Below are positions 36,751 through 49,608 of a stretch of DNA of 64,000 nt, piece after piece. This DNA is from Pseudovirgaria hyperparasitica (Eukaryota): assembly GCA_010093815.1 (NCBI GenBank), contig ML996566.1. One strand, given 5' to 3'. Each line of letters starts with the position of its first letter. The first letter of the stretch is position 1. Below the pieces are notes generated by a model. It was not told the DNA's origin. It made no database searches and saw only the letters and a list, made by a program, of their open reading frames with translations. The translations under genes were made by a program, and so were the position numbers.

Positions 36751-37206
36751 ATGCTCGGGCATGAACAGTATAGATCAGCCGGCGGCGACTACGAATTCCG
36801 TGCTGTTGCTGCGCGCTTGCCCCCAGCCGTATTCGAAAGCGAGGATGAACGCGTGATGTTTCTGAGTAAGTTTTTATTTGGGTTGATGATTGTTCTCCTG
36901 ACTGAAGTAGACAACCTCCGCATGCTGCACCCGGACAACTTTGCAGATATACACTTTGTACAACCACGAATCGAAAAGGGCGAGAAGGTCATGGGATGCT
37001 ACGTCTCGGTTGTAACGATATCTGAAAAGGGCGCCCACAAGTTCCTCATGACATCTGGACCTCATACCATACCTTTAGGAGGTACAGAGGATGGAGCGTC
37101 ATTAAAAACATGCTTCGGACAGCTGGCTGAGAAGGCGGAGATCAGGGTTGGGAGGAAGTTTCGAAAGCATATGGAGGGCGACGGCTCAAGCTGTGCGGCC
37201 CAGTGA
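36751..37206 (+). CDS. Hypothetical small protein ending in a CaaX box (CAAQ), 2 exons
   Basis: ATG 36751. Canonical 45-nt intron 36866-36910 (GTAAGT...CTGAC...TAG). C-terminus RKFRKHMEGDGSSCAAQ-stop. Confidence 0.6.
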   Translation: MLGHEQYRSAGGDYEFRAVAARLPPAVFESEDERVMFLSKFLFGLMIVLLTEVDNLRMLHPDNFADIHFVQPRIEKGEKVMGCYVSVVTISEKGAHKFLMTSGPHTIPLGGTEDGASLKTCFGQLAEKAEIRVGRKFRKHMEGDGSSCAAQ

Positions 37207-37517
37207 TACATTTACAGCACCATGTAACCATTATAGATTGGAACATATCGTATATGCTTGTTGGCTCCAGTCTCCAGATAGAAAATAACACTGGAGTCTG
37301 AAGCTCTGATTGACACTACGTACTTGACTATCTTCTGATCCATGCAGCGCGCTAAACCATAAACTGATTAGACGCACCTTGGACGTGGAGCTGTCGGCGC
37401 GTCGCATCGCATTTGCAGTGACGGTCTCTATAAACCGACAACTTTCACCGACCATTACCACCTCTCCGCTTCTCTTGCTCTGGATATGCACCGGCAGATC
37501 TATGCGCCATCACGAAC

Positions 37518-40500
37518 ATGCATTTCGTCAAGCCTTTATGGTTAACGCACCCAGGCATGTCTGCCCTGAAGCCTCCGAACTTCTCATGCTCCTCCACAGA
37601 ATTGTGTCGCACAGTTGACTCTATATTTGCTAACCTGACTCTTGCGTAGGTGAACTCAGAGACTTTGATGTATACAGTTGTCACGTCTCGCCCGATGGAA
37701 ACAGACTAGTCACAGCTGCTGGAGGTAAGCGCGACCTTCACGGAGCCTTCTTTAGCATCGTCTAACGCGCCAGTGCAGATGGGTTCGTCCGGGTCTGGTC
37801 TACTGAAGCCATATACAAGTCGCATGATCCGGAGTATACCAAACCGAAGCAGCTCGCTGCAATCAGTCACCATTCTGGCACAATCCATACAGTACGATTC
37901 TCGGGGAATGGGAAATATCTAGCGTCTGGGGCAGACGACAAGATTGTCTGTGTATACGTTCTTGATCCGAACCCTCCAACACATGGTTCAACGTTTGGTA
38001 AGGTCCCTCTGTATGTAAGTTTTAGGTTTAGCTAACGATCTGGCACAGGCTCGAATGAACCACCACCAGTCGAGAATTGGAGGGTCCTTCGACGCCTCAT
38101 TGGGCATGACAACGATGTACAAGATCTTGGTTGGTCGGAAGACTCGTCGATCTTGGTATCGGTTGGACTAGATTCGAAAATTGTAATCTGGTCAGGGCAT
38201 ACTTTCGAAAAACTGAAGACTCTATCAAACCACCAAAGTCACGTCAAGGGTATTACATTCGATCCCGCGAACAAATACTTTGCTACAGCTAGCGACGACC
38301 GCACAATCAAGGTCTTCCGATTCACATCCCCTCCTCCGCATGCCACCGCTCAAGACCAGGTCAACAATTTCATCCAAGAGACCACCATAATCGCCCCATT
38401 CGCCGCTTCACCTCTTACCACATACTTCCGTCGATGCTCTTGGTCACCGGAAGGGAATCATATCGCCGCAGCGAATGCCGTTAACGGGCCTGTCAGCTCG
38501 GTGGCCATCATAAGCCGAGGTAGCTGGGACAGCGACATAAATCTCATAGGACACGAAGGGCCTGTTGAAGTATGTGCTTTCTCTCCAAGATTGTTCTATC
38601 GTGAACCGCTTGGGCCGCAACATATCGATGCACAAGGCCGGCCAACACTACAGTCTGTGACAGTTGTCGCCTGTGCAGGCCAAGATAAGACGCTCAGCAT
38701 CTGGAATACAAGTTTTGCGAGACCATTTACCGTGACTGCAGAAATAGCAAATAAAGCGATATCCGACTTGGCTTGGGCACCGGATGGAGAAACACTATTC
38801 GTCACAAGTTTGGATGGAAGCATTATGGCAGTAATATTCGAGAAGGGAGAATTGGGATATCCGGCGTCCCTCTCGGAGAATGAAAAGTCGCTTTCTAAAT
38901 TTGGTGCTGGTAGAAGGGTCGGTCTGATTGAGAGCACAGATGCACTTCTCCTAGAAGAGAGTAGCAAAGCTGGAGAAGACAAGGCTGTGCAAGGGCGAAT
39001 GGGTGAGCTTATGGGAGATGCTGGAGCGGCTGCTGCAACGGCAGGAAACAATGGCACCGTACCCCCGGCGAAGACGAACGGCATAGTACCCGTGACAAAT
39101 GGAACAGCCCCAGAAGCAGCAGCAGCAGCTCCACCACCACCACCACCAACAGATCCTAAGGTCGAGCGATTAAAGACTCGGGTAACATATGTCAATGGAA
39201 AGAAGCGGATCCAGCCAATGCTTATATCTTCCGCCTCAGGCTTAGCCGAATCATCCCTTCCTCAAACAAAACTAGTTTCTGCAGCTGCACAAGGACTTCG
39301 AAACGACGCACCCCACAGTGTCTTGGATCTGTCGAAGCCTTACGACGGTCTGCCTAAAGGTGGCCTTCCTGCTATGCTATTCGGTAACAAACGGAAATTT
39401 GCAGAAATCGAGGGTGACGATGATCGAAGGGTTGAAAAGAGAATAGCGAGTGGTGTACGAAATGGCGCGGCTCCTATTGTTATCAACGGGACAGATGGCC
39501 TTACACCTCCTAACTCAGTTTCACGAAATGACGGTCAAGATGTCCCTAGTGTACTGAGGCCTGCTATTCTTAATCCAGCTATATCGATGAGCCAAGTCCG
39601 ACTAGCTATACCTATGGTCAGGAGTACTATAGTGAGGACCATGGATGGTAGTGACCCAGAGAAGACTTCGGATGACACAATAATTCTGGAGGCTCGAAAC
39701 GCGGCCGGACCCTCGAGAACTGGTAGAACACAGGATCGGGATCCTGCGAGGATAAATTGCACGAGAAAGAACCAGTCAATATGGCAAGACTATCTGCCGA
39801 GATCAGTCCTCCTCGTTACCGGAAACTTGAATTTCTGGGCCGCAGCTTGTGAAGATGGGTCCATATACACCTGGACACCCGCAGGCCGGCGACTGCTAAA
39901 CGCCATAGTCCTTGAAGCGCAACCAGTGATCATGGATTGCAGGGGGTGGTATTTAATGTGCGTAACAGCTGTGGGCATTTGCCATGTCTGGAACATAAAA
40001 ACACAAGCATCGCCACATCCTCCTGTTTCTCTTGCCCCTATTTTGGACATTGCTGTTGCAGCACAAGGACCGCATCTCACTACGGCACCCGGTATAGTCT
40101 TCGCTCGCATGAACTCTGCTGGTAGAATCATAGTCGCAATGTCAAATGGCGACGGCTATACTTACTCTCCGACAATGTTTACCTGGCAACGACTATCAGA
40201 AGCTTGGTGGGCTGTTGGTAGCCAGTACTGGAACACAACAGACTCGTCGATGAGCAATATTCAGAACTCGAAAGATAAATCGAAGGCCGCTAATGACAAC
40301 GATGAGGTTTCGATAGAAAACATTTCTGCTGGGATCATACCTCAATTGGAAAGGAATACGACGAATCACACTCTCTTACGTGGGCGTGCTTTCTATCTAC
40401 AGCGTCTTATCAAAGCACTACTCTCTGCGGAAGGTTATGAGGGATTCGAAGCAAGCGTATCCATTGCACATCTTGAGAATCGGGTTGCGGCCGCTCTGAC

Positions 40501-40875
40501 CCTGGGTGCAAAGGAAGAATTCAAGATATATCTCCTCATGTATGCCAAGCGACTCGGTGCTGAGGGCTTGAGGGGCAAGGTGGAAGAGCTTCTGCGGACA
40601 TTGGTTGGGTCCTTGTTGAGCGATGAAGAAGATGACGATGATTCAAAAGCGAATGCCGAGAAGGATGAGATCTGCGGCTGGAAGAGAGAAGACATCTTGA
40701 AGGATGTCGTTCTTATTCTCGGTAAGCCTAAAATCCATACTGCCAAGTCTCGTCATTTATTAACCTTACTCCAGGCAAATACAGAGACCTCCAACGCGTG
40801 ACAACGGAATATGCATCTTTCCTTAACATGATGCATGAAAAGCCTGAAGGCCAGGCAATGATTACGGACTCCTAG
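37518..40875 (+). CDS. HIR1: HIR complex histone chaperone Hir1/HIRA (WD40 + HIRA domain), 5 exons
   Basis: MHFVKPLWLTHP|GELRDFDVYSCHVSPDG. WD repeats HQSHVKGITFDPANKYFATASDD, TTYFRRCSWSP, B-motif GKKRIQP and SIAHLENR. Introns 37555-37649 (GC-AG), approx 37725-37778, 37998-38048, 40722-40774. Confidence 0.95.
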
Positions 40876-41247
40876 GTGGAGTGTGGGCACTATAGCACGG
40901 CGTTTGGTATTTACACCTCAACGTTTCCTATTGTATGGTTCATTATCAAGTCTGCGGGCTTGGTGGGCGTATCAGTCCCAAGGACGCCACTGCGCAGGCG
41001 TCTGCATTGTATAAAACTTTCCGGCTTGCCGAAGCATTGTAGAAGTATTGAATCTCGTGGATCTGTGTGCTGCACTTCAATTGATCGTATTGATCAAATC
41101 TTCCTATCTACTCTAGATCCGACAGACGCTACCCCACCCCAGTCAATGGCTTGGCCCACGCGTCCGCAGCTGCGCCACAATGTCCCTCCTTCCGCAAGCT
41201 CATATGAACTGCCTCCTCCTGTCTTTCTACATCAGGCAACGTAGAAA

Positions 41248-41701
41248 ATGGGCAATTGCTGCGGCTCTCAATCCAAAGATGCCTTCACTGGCGAAGGCCG
41301 CACTCTAGGCTCCGCGCCTCCTCCGAAACCGAAAGCCTCCATCCCTGCAGCCGCAACCACAGCACCGAAGCCTACAACTAAAGGGGCAGGACGAGCGACA
41401 GGTGGCAGCGCGGGTGGACTGGAGGCGGGGGATCCGAGAGGGGCAGCGGCAGCAGCAGCAGAGGTAACGTCACTATCTGAACCAAGAGGCTTGCAAGAAA
41501 GGTCTTGAGCGCATGGCTGATGATGGCGTGTGTGTGAATGTACAGGCGCGAGCGAACAAAGCCAGCGGTTCAGGCCCGCTAGCGCAGAAATTGCAAGAGC
41601 AGAAGAAGCAGACGAGAACGGCGACGCTGGAGCAAGTTAGTCGGGAGAATCGCCAGGCGAGAGACGCAGATGCGGTGGCGGATGCGAGGCACTACAATTG
41701 A
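41248..41701 (+). CDS. Small N-acylated protein, SVIP-like (small VCP/p97-interacting protein family), 2 exons
   Basis: MGNCCGS myristoylation/palmitoylation start, GEGRTLG, RGAAAAAAE|ARANK (VIM-like) and GPLAQKLQEQKKQ. Intron 41464-41545. Confidence 0.7.
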
Positions 41702-42470
41702 GAAGGAGTCATGAAATAGGGTTGATGACGGAGTCTACATGCGGCTGTGACACAAAAGTCTTCTTTGCAAGACTGTGGGAAAGAGGTTGACTTATGTGCA
41801 TTTTTTGGGATAGCGAGCGCTGCATTTTTGGGAGAAGAGCTATGAGGTTGGATCTTCCCCGTGCGTGGCATGTGCGAGTTGGGCATGTCATCTTCTTGCA
41901 TGACCGTGGATGTTTTAACATTACGATTAGATTTACAGGTTGCGCCGAAAGCTATCATTGAGCTCTTTAGCATGCATTTACAAGAATATATGAATGCGAC
42001 CTTTCCTATCTTCCTTCGATTGACACCTTCTCGTGACTTCACATATCTGTGGAGTAGATAGATGCATATGTATCATAGCACTCAAACTCAATAAGAACAG
42101 TATCGGCAAGTATAGAAACGTAGGACAGTCAACCGGTCCCAAATGGGGAAACCATATCAATGCAGCATAGCCTAGGCTAGCTGACATGAAGTCTTGTTAT
42201 ATAAGCTAATTTCGGTGTTGCCGGTAGGGAATGCTAAATAGAACTCAGAGCTCTGTATGCCCGTGGATATGGATACGACTAAACCGAGGATTACATCTCA
42301 CAACCAGTGGAAAGTTTATGCCTGAGATGTCCAAGGCATGAGTTTTGCTACTTGGTCAACAAGTTAGACCGAGCTACATCGCATTTGTCTTAGCTCTGAG
42401 TGGTCTGTGCTCACTAGCGCGAAAGGGTGAAAATTGTATATAAGGTCGCTCTCCCTCTGAACCTCTTTCT

Positions 42471-42655
42471 CCATCATCAGTAGGGCAATTTCTTAATTGC
42501 CTCGTGGCTCCTCTTAGGAGGCTTGCTGAGGGTAATCCTTATTTTCTATGGACTATCTTCCGTTCCCGGCCCCGTAGATGAACGCACTCGACTTTCCTAC
42601 CAACTGCGCGTATTCCCTTTAGATGGATCGGAGTTGTGGGTTGGCTGCGACAAAC
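42471..42655 (+). ncRNA. Candidate box H/ACA snoRNA
   Basis: TATATAAG at 42437. Structured 5' region. H box AGATGA at 42576-42581. Hairpin closed by CGCA/TGCG with ACA at 42650-42652 directly after it. No ORF in the region. Ends are estimates. Confidence 0.4.
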
Positions 42656-43397
42656 CCTCGTTGAAAATTTTCTTCGCGTCTTTTAGCTAAGCGAACGAAC
42701 ACCAACAGATTCTCGATAATGACGGTTCTTGCTACGCCTTAAATTTATCAGAACATAGTCTTTATCATAATAGTGGCCAACGACGGATCCGATAAGCTCA
42801 TGCGCCTGAACGGTCTGATCTGGCCTACACTCGTGAAGCAGAGCTCATATTTGCGCCCGCATAATTTTTGGGCTATCGATTGTGCACTTGCTTCCCCAAT
42901 CAGGGTCTGAATCCGTGGTCATCTGGAGTACACTCTACTTTCCGTAATAAGACGGTTGCAAGACTAATTGCATAACTTGGCTAAGGTTTATGCAAGCGCA
43001 TACGTTGCGGACAAGGCTCAAAATCTGGCCAGGTCGTTCATTCCTCACCAGCGCCTTTTCAAGACAGGTCGCGATAATGAGAGTTCCTCAGTACTTTGAT
43101 CGTGTTGTGCACCATCTCAAATTTATTGGATACATTATTTGGCTTTGCAGTATTTCGTTAGGATGGCGCACCAGCTCCATTTATCATCGACCGCGGTCAG
43201 AAATCAAATGGCACAGTTTGAGAATGTCTTACTCGCTGTAGTATTCAGAGCTGTTCTTATATGATTGCATATATATTATGCACAAAGTATTCGAGTGGTG
43301 TATCCCGCAGTGGTCACAATGAAGGACACTACTACACCTCGCGCTCGAACGTTCTTCTGCTTTGCAATTGTTTCACCTAATCCATCCGACAGCTCGT

Positions 43398-44155
43398 CTA
43401 GTAGAGACGCTTTGGTGGGGACATGGACGCCTTGATAACCAAGGAGCCCACGTTCTGCCAGCCCTTCTTCAAGAGAGAGACCAGGTAGTTGATGGCCAAC
43501 ATGATGTTTCCGATGAGCTCATCCTCGCCCATGCCAACGTTGCCGACACTGGTGCCGAGGCAAAGAACCTTCTTCAGCTGAAACTTGATGGTGGACTTGA
43601 CCTCAGTGATCTTGGTAGCGAGGTCTTCGGCGTGAGAGACAGGCGTGGGGAATTTACCAGCTGCAATACGATCAGTATACCTTAAGGAAAACAGATTGTG
43701 GAGAGTGTATACCCTTGGAAAGACCAGGACCAAGGAGACGAGGGATCTGCTTTATGAGGGTGTCGGAAGCGATGAAGGCATCGTACTTGCGAGCAAGCTT
43801 CTTGATGAGCTTCTTGTTCTTGTTGAGCTTCTTCAAGTCGTCTGAGGACATGGCATCGACACCATGGTGCTTCGCACGATCGATATCGTGCTGGTCACCA
43901 AGGATGCAGACGGACATGCCGGGACGAGGGACGGATGGGAGCTTGATGGTTCCGGAGAAACGCTTGTCACGCTGGGGATCATAGTTCTTCAAGCCGATCT
44001 GGAGTTCGACAGTTTCTACAGGCTTCTCATTAGTCTTGAACAAATGCCAGCGTGAGATAGAATGTACCAAGAAAGTTGCGCTTCTTCTCGTTGTTGGAGT
44101 AGTCAAGGAGTTCCTTGACGTTTGTACGCACGCCAGCTACTGTGATTTTCGACAT
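43398..44155 (-). CDS. RPL1: 60S ribosomal protein uL1 (L1/L10a), 3 exons
   Basis: [10 protein letters not shown]...[51 protein letters not shown]...SMSPPKRLY. Confidence 0.97.
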
Positions 44156-44479
44156 CTTGAAAGTTGTCTCCCAATAGATTTCTCTTTGGTGAACAGTAGG
44201 TGTGAGTTGCTAAACAGAGGAAGAAAATCTATGCGACAAGTTCTCTTAGTGGTGGGCTTTCGCTTACTTTGCACTAGGCCTAGATAGATTAGCTTCCTGT
44301 GGCTCCACAACTAGGTTACTCCATAGATGACTCCAACGACCTACGTCTATCAAAGTTTCGAGACTCGTTCATCACTAGTACTCGGAATGATAACAATACC
44401 GGCTGTATCAAGCTAAACAATCTGCAGTGTATTCTTGATAAAATTGTGACTCGAGGGATTTAATATGAGCTTCTGTCAT

Positions 44480-44508
44480 CATTCGACATTCGATATTCGA
44501 CATTCGAC
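44480..44508. repeat. Heptamer tandem repeat (CATTCGA)x4, one variant
   Basis: cattcga cattcga tattcga cattcga c, between the RPL1 promoter and the 3' end of the neighbouring gene. Confidence 0.8.
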
Positions 44509-44561
44509 AGCTATCAAGCAAGTTCTGTATAGTACCTATATTGGCTCATTTTGGCACGCTA

Positions 44562-46683
44562 TCAGTCAGTCGTACCGTGCCGCTTGAATTGCTTGCTGAT
44601 CGCATCAAATATACGACGCGTTAGGGGCCGGTACAGGATACGTCCCTCCATCGTGCCACTGGCGAAGCTAAATATCATAAGAGCGAAGATTGATGTACCA
44701 AGGATAACTCCAAACCAGATCCAATATTGCTTTACCGTAAAGTCTGCATTGACGAATTCTGACCCAAAATAGGCCGTCATAAGACTGACAGGCATAAAGA
44801 GTAGGGTCACCTTGGCAAGCAGAAGTGTAATACGTGTTAGACGTTCAACGGAGAACGATTCTTTGATCGCGATGAGATTAAAGTTCTGACAAACTGATTA
44901 GCCTCTCCGCAGTATCGAAATCAGATGACTTACCATCATGACTAGAGACTCTTTTTGGTCCAGACATTCCTGCATCTCGCTCAATGCATACAGCCGAATC
45001 GCCGTCCTCAATCTTGCAAACCGAACCTTCGCCGCAGAGCTCAATGACACACCGAGCAGACTTTCAGCTTCCATTATTTGGTGGCGAGATGACTGCAATG
45101 AATCCAGTCCTGATGCTATGTGCGAATTCTTCATGGACGCTAGTGTCGCCTCTTGCTTCTCCAACACACGTTCTATGAGAAGTTCGTAACTCTGGTAGAG
45201 CCGTTTCAGGACAGCTAATTGTCTGCCGATATGATGCAACCTATCGATATGGAATAGCTCTGCCTTAACAAGCATTTCTTCCCTCTGAGTGGCGTAAGCT
45301 ATTCGTTATTTAGAAACAGTTTTCCAATCTTACCAATTTATTCAACTCCGCGGCGTAACGATGCTCCCGTCGTGCCACTAGATTGAATGCTGAGAACCAG
45401 TCTTCAAATAAATAGAAAAATAGGAGACCAGGAGCATCAGTAGGCCGGTGTGCCGTCTCCTCCACTGTTTCACCAATGCGCCTTCGAATAGGCAGAATAG
45501 TCATCGCGTTCTCGTGTGATGAATCGTGTACTTTTGAGAGCTGTCGAAAGACGTTGATTAAGTTTCGGCGAATCGTCAGCATAGACCTCATTTCATGAAC
45601 CTCGTAGATCCCATTGTGATAGGGAAATGGGTCTTCTCTGATACTGATGACGGTTTCTATACGAATGAGCCATCGTCTTAGACTAGATGAATGGACATAC
45701 TATCGACAGTCAAGATTAGCCACGTCCAGACCCGGATTCCCTCCGGTAAGTCTTTCGACTCTGAGTTTTCCGCTACGCGATCTCGCGATACGGAGGTTAT
45801 AGGGTACAGTGAGTTGTACCCAATACATACAAAGCGCCTACCCCAGTCCACTGTTGACCAGTGCCACACGTCTAGCATTTGTGTTAAGTAAATAGATTCA
45901 CACTGACATGGTATGACACACATTACTCACCATGTGCTATTTGGTAGTGGTTCTCCACCTGGGTCAACTGCTCCGGCTCTCCTAAGATTGAATGCTCAAC
46001 AGATTCAATTCCATCGAGACTTTTCTCAAGGTCTACTGATGTCTCTTTGGAGGATTTTCGGGGGTTCAGTCGCCGTATCAGACTCGAGTGGCTTTTTCCG
46101 ACATTTGGCTTTGCAACTCGTATTGGATCCGTAACCATAACAGCAAGGAGCCGTGGTGAGAAGTCATACACTTTAGCAATGTTCTGTATCTATCAGCTGT
46201 GAACGCAACTGGGATGAACATGCATAGGGCAAAGAGAGAATTCGCTCTTCGAAGATACCACAGAGCCACGTACGTGTAAAGTGTCTTTCTGCTTATACGG
46301 CATCCAAATATTTCTAGGAATGTCAACTCTCCAATCTTGCATTCATGTCGTACTGCTTACATCCATCGGGTATGTAGCGAAGGTGGTCTCTGTGGTCATG
46401 TTAGATATTCACTGTAAGTAGAACGGCGATGAGGACTAACAGGAGCATCGAGTATATCTGCAATGTCGTTCGAGTTCAGATTTGAAGCGCAATAAGCTTC
46501 GTCGTCTCCAAAATCTACGACCAGATTTTTCGTGTCAGGATTACGAACGTCAAGGTCAAAGCGTTCATAGTTCTTAGGATCATCGAAATCCTTGAAGCGC
46601 TGGCGGATTCTTAGGTTTTCGATATCTTGGTAATAGTCGGGTAAGGCCCCTGAAAGAGACTCTGGTTCTAGACTCGCTTCCAT
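44562..46683 (-). CDS. CorA-like transmembrane-domain protein (fungal family), multi-exon
   Basis: In-order ORF fragments (WHWSTVDWGRRFVCIGYNSL, GLLFFYLFEDW, LHHIGRQLAVLKRLYQSY) end in two C-terminal TM helices: LLAKVTLLFMPVSLMTAYFGSEF...YWIWFGVI. Exact exon structure not resolved. Confidence 0.75.
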
Positions 46684-47332
46684 AGATACAAGTGCACAGC
46701 AGAGGAAAATGTAGCATTTATTTATTCGTAAGTGGCGTCGGCTTGATAACTATAGTTTTCTTTACCAGCGATGTACGCGAATTGGTCTATAGGCATAACC
46801 ATGTGATCTATTCGAAGTCCTCGTATGTTGGCACGAGCTCATGTCTCAGTCCGACTGACCAACAGCCCCACGTATGTGACGACCACAAGCTAAACGTTTG
46901 GTACTTTTGCAATCACAAGTTCATATATTATGTTCACAGGGTACTCTGGGAACATAAGTGCAATTTTGGCTGTCTGGAAATAGTCCACGAGATCTGTTGT
47001 GAGTTTAGCTTAGTTGCACACGGGATGTCGGAACGCCTGGCTGAGATCTAACCAGAGCAATGAAAAGCTGCGAGGGATCAACATGCTTATTTGAAGATCA
47101 TCTAACGCACTCTGCCGCGTTTGAGAGCGCTGACTGATTTGTTAGATTGTTGTTTTGTAATAGAAGACTAACCGCGACACGCGATTTGAGCGACAGTCTA
47201 ATTAGTCCCCAGAGGACCCTGCTCCTCGAGGTTTAGCGATCCTACGCCGTCCAGAATATATATGCGAGGTCAATATCACATCGTACTAAAGCTACTGACC
47301 TTTAGATTTCATATTTCATGTGCTGATAAGCC

Positions 47333-48076
47333 ATGAGCTCCATTTACAGTACGATTTGGATACCAAGAATGCACTCTTCAGAAGAGATATGGAAAGGTCT
47401 GGTCCTGCGCCAGAAAGAATATCGACTTGGAGCACTACAAGCATCTCCCCAGTGTTTCGCATCTTCGTATGATCGTGAAGTAGCATTCGAGCACGACGTG
47501 TGGGACACACGACTGAGAAATCCTCTTGCCGAAACACTGGTAGCGGTCAGGCCAGGAGATAAATCGGGCAGACTCGCCGACCAGGCAGAAGTCATCCTTT
47601 ACCAGCCATGGCTCGGAACAATCGTTCTCACAGGTCCTATGGAAGGCCACAATTCGGTCGATCCCTTGGTGAAGGGCAACAGTGTCGTTGCATCAGCGGT
47701 CGACAGTCCTAATGAGACTATGCAAGACGCCACAGCAAAGGGGGAAGACTCAGTACCTCATTATCAGCTGAACGCAATATACGTCTCTCCGTCTGATAGA
47801 GGCCTTGGAATTGGCAAGTTGCTTATTGATGCCGCGATCGAGCGCGTTGTGTCTAAAGAACAGGATGCTCAAATCGCTCGCATCACTCTGATCGTTGACT
47901 ATTATAATCATGCTGCACGAAGGCTGTACGAGAGGTGTGGATTTCAGGTTATACGTCGATACTTCTTCGATGATCCGAGACTGACTAAACACGATGAGGA
48001 TCCACCTGAGCAAACAGAAGCGGCCGTCATGGAAAGGATCATGGAGCTCCAGGCGGCCATTGATAAGGTGTATTAA
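47333..48076 (+). CDS. GNAT family N-acetyltransferase
   Basis: RLGALQASPQCFASSYDRE; motif A IYVSPSDRGLGIGKLLI; NHAARRLYERCGF. Confidence 0.88.
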   Translation: MSSIYSTIWIPRMHSSEEIWKGLVLRQKEYRLGALQASPQCFASSYDREVAFEHDVWDTRLRNPLAETLVAVRPGDKSGRLADQAEVILYQPWLGTIVLTGPMEGHNSVDPLVKGNSVVASAVDSPNETMQDATAKGEDSVPHYQLNAIYVSPSDRGLGIGKLLIDAAIERVVSKEQDAQIARITLIVDYYNHAARRLYERCGFQVIRRYFFDDPRLTKHDEDPPEQTEAAVMERIMELQAAIDKVY

Positions 48077-48777
48077 ACAAGTAGAGGGACACGTTGCGCG
48101 GATGCAATGAAAAGTCTAGATGGTGGCAGTGTAGGGTGGCGATTTGGGGTAAGACACATGGTGTGGCCCTGTCACGCCGAGGGATAGATCTGGCTTATCG
48201 ATTGTTGGTAGGGGGCTGTTATTTGCGCTGTGCTCTGCTGCCTGCATTCGGTGACCCACCAGACCAAACGATTAACATCCGGATACTGTGTCTTCATGAA
48301 CAGGCGGAAGTCTATACGAAGCCATAAAAGTCGCAGAAGTATCAGCGAAGAAGGAAATATCAGATGCCACTTCAGCTCCAGTAAATTTTTGTGTTACGCT
48401 GAAGTCGTAAAGTCACGAGCCTTTTCATAGTCGTAGAGCGGTAGCGGTAGCGGTGGACACGAAATTTTGCCGCATTGGTTCTGGCTCGCTAAAGGTGTCT
48501 TTGCTGCACCTTCACTCTTACTCCCTCCACCTCAATCCTCCCCAATACCAACACGACCATCCCGGGAACGTCTTCTCTACATCTCAATCAATAACGCCTC
48601 TACTTGCTCGCTGAGTGTAAGTCACCTCTGCTATACTGCTGCACCATGGAGGCGCTTAGCCGCCTGCCATAGCAGCGGCTTATCTGCATCCTCCATCCAA
48701 CCCACCGCGGTCATGTCCCAGCCAACAGCGCCAAACGCTCTATACCTCTTCGCATACTATTCACTCGGCATCTTTGA

Positions 48778-49608
<831 letters not shown>

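Noticed and set aside
42610..42660. TATTCC and AAACC resembling snR30/U17 m1 and m2 motifs
   Set aside because: Both matches are imperfect, no ACA follows m2, and there is no convincing stem between them.
42716..42820. Possible box C/D snoRNA ending in CTGA
   Set aside because: The best box C (ATGACG) is a poor match and no rRNA-complementary guide was recognised.
42860..42872. Sm-site-like ATAATTTTTGG suggesting a spliceosomal snRNA or telomerase RNA
   Set aside because: There is no U1 5' ACTTACC, U2 GTAGTA branch-pairing context, U4/U6 pairing segment or U5 loop at the right distance. No TAACCCTAA template was seen in the interval.
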